DNA of 64,000 nt, taken from the IMG/VR virus record IMGVR_UViG_3300020472_000017, positions 248 to 64,247 of that record; one strand, written 5' to 3'. Below the pieces are notes generated by a model. It made no database searches, had not been told where the DNA came from, and saw only the letters and a program-made list of their open reading frames with translations. Each line of letters starts with the position of its first letter. The stretch's first letter is position 1. Shown here piece after piece: positions 63,578-64,000 of the stretch. This DNA is from a virus. The translations under genes were made by a program, and so were the position numbers.

Positions 63578-63651
63578 CGGGATAGATGGGATTTGAACCC
63601 ACGACCTCTGCCGTGACAGGGCAGCGTTCTAAACCACTGAACTACTATCCC
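63578..63651 (-). tRNA. trnD: tRNA-Asp(GTC), CCA not encoded
   Basis: GGGATAG/CTATCCC acceptor stem; TAGTTCAGTGG D arm; anticodon loop CTGTCAC; GGTTCAAATCC T arm. Confidence 0.95.
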
Positions 63652-63681
63652 AGAGGGGGTCTAGAAGACCCCTGAAGGGGT

Positions 63682-63999
63682 CTATCTGATGTAAAGGTAT
63701 GAACCTGCCCAATCTGCATTGAAGCAGCATTTCTCATAAGAGGTCTCATCTAATAGGTTGTACCTAACGATGTCTGCTGGTCCTCTCCATGAGGCAGGTT
63801 TGAACACATCACCAGTGACTTTATCTATGAACGCATGTACGCAACTATCATCATGGATGATCTTAAAGTACTTGCGACCTGCCTTAACAGAGAACTTAGC
63901 TTTGCTGCCTTCTGGCCATCTGCCTTCGTAATCCGCTACGAGACACTTGCACAAGTTCTCTACACGCTCTGCTACAGGGTTGAAGAGGGTTTTGGTCAT
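63682..63999 (-). CDS. Conserved phage hypothetical protein, 105 aa
   Basis: GRKYFKI...VHAFIDKVTGDVFKPASW...VRYNL motif; the start may lie beyond the window edge. Confidence 0.65.
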   Translation of the reverse strand: MTKTLFNPVAERVENLCKCLVADYEGRWPEGSKAKFSVKAGRKYFKIIHDDSCVHAFIDKVTGDVFKPASWRGPADIVRYNLLDETSYEKCCFNADWAGSYLYIR

Positions 64000-64000
64000 G

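Noticed and set aside
63578-63651. tRNA as a prophage attachment site
   Set aside because: No integrase, no duplicated tRNA 3' end and no host genes; the context is a lytic T4-like genome.
62355-63651. Functional link between purC (uses aspartate) and the nearby tRNA-Asp
   Set aside because: PurC uses free aspartate, not charged tRNA; proximity alone gives no support.

Overview
64-kb segment of a large T4-like myovirus, most likely a marine cyanophage. The host call is inferred from gene order (gp25-gp6-gp7-gp8-DUF4815), the TATAAATA late promoters, purC, two 2OG-Fe(II) oxygenases and many small cyanophage-type ORFs. Positions 1-50.8 kb are a minus-strand late cluster for baseplate and tail: PAAR spike tip, gp25, gp6, a 5417-aa gp7, gp8, a DUF4815 protein, several fibre proteins, and a >=3951-aa fibre-like ORF that runs off the left edge and is missing from the ORF track. 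Positions 51-64 kb are an early/accessory region of small genes under host-like sigma70 promoters. It holds a putative SAM lyase, a Dam-family methylase beside a PD-(D/E)xK nuclease, an N4/N6 methylase, purC and tRNA-Asp(GTC). Main observations: (1) a ~100-aa 'YPRxxDP' module is inserted recursively into itself inside gp7 and the giant fibre, closing in last-in-first-out order, and one array is circularly permuted relative to the other; (2) a candidate type-1 copper site lies in a fibre protein; (3) a dyad motif occurs 11 times, mostly 29-31 nt upstream of -10 boxes; (4) the SAM lyase, methylases and nuclease cluster together. Family names come from motif recognition by eye; no database search was run.
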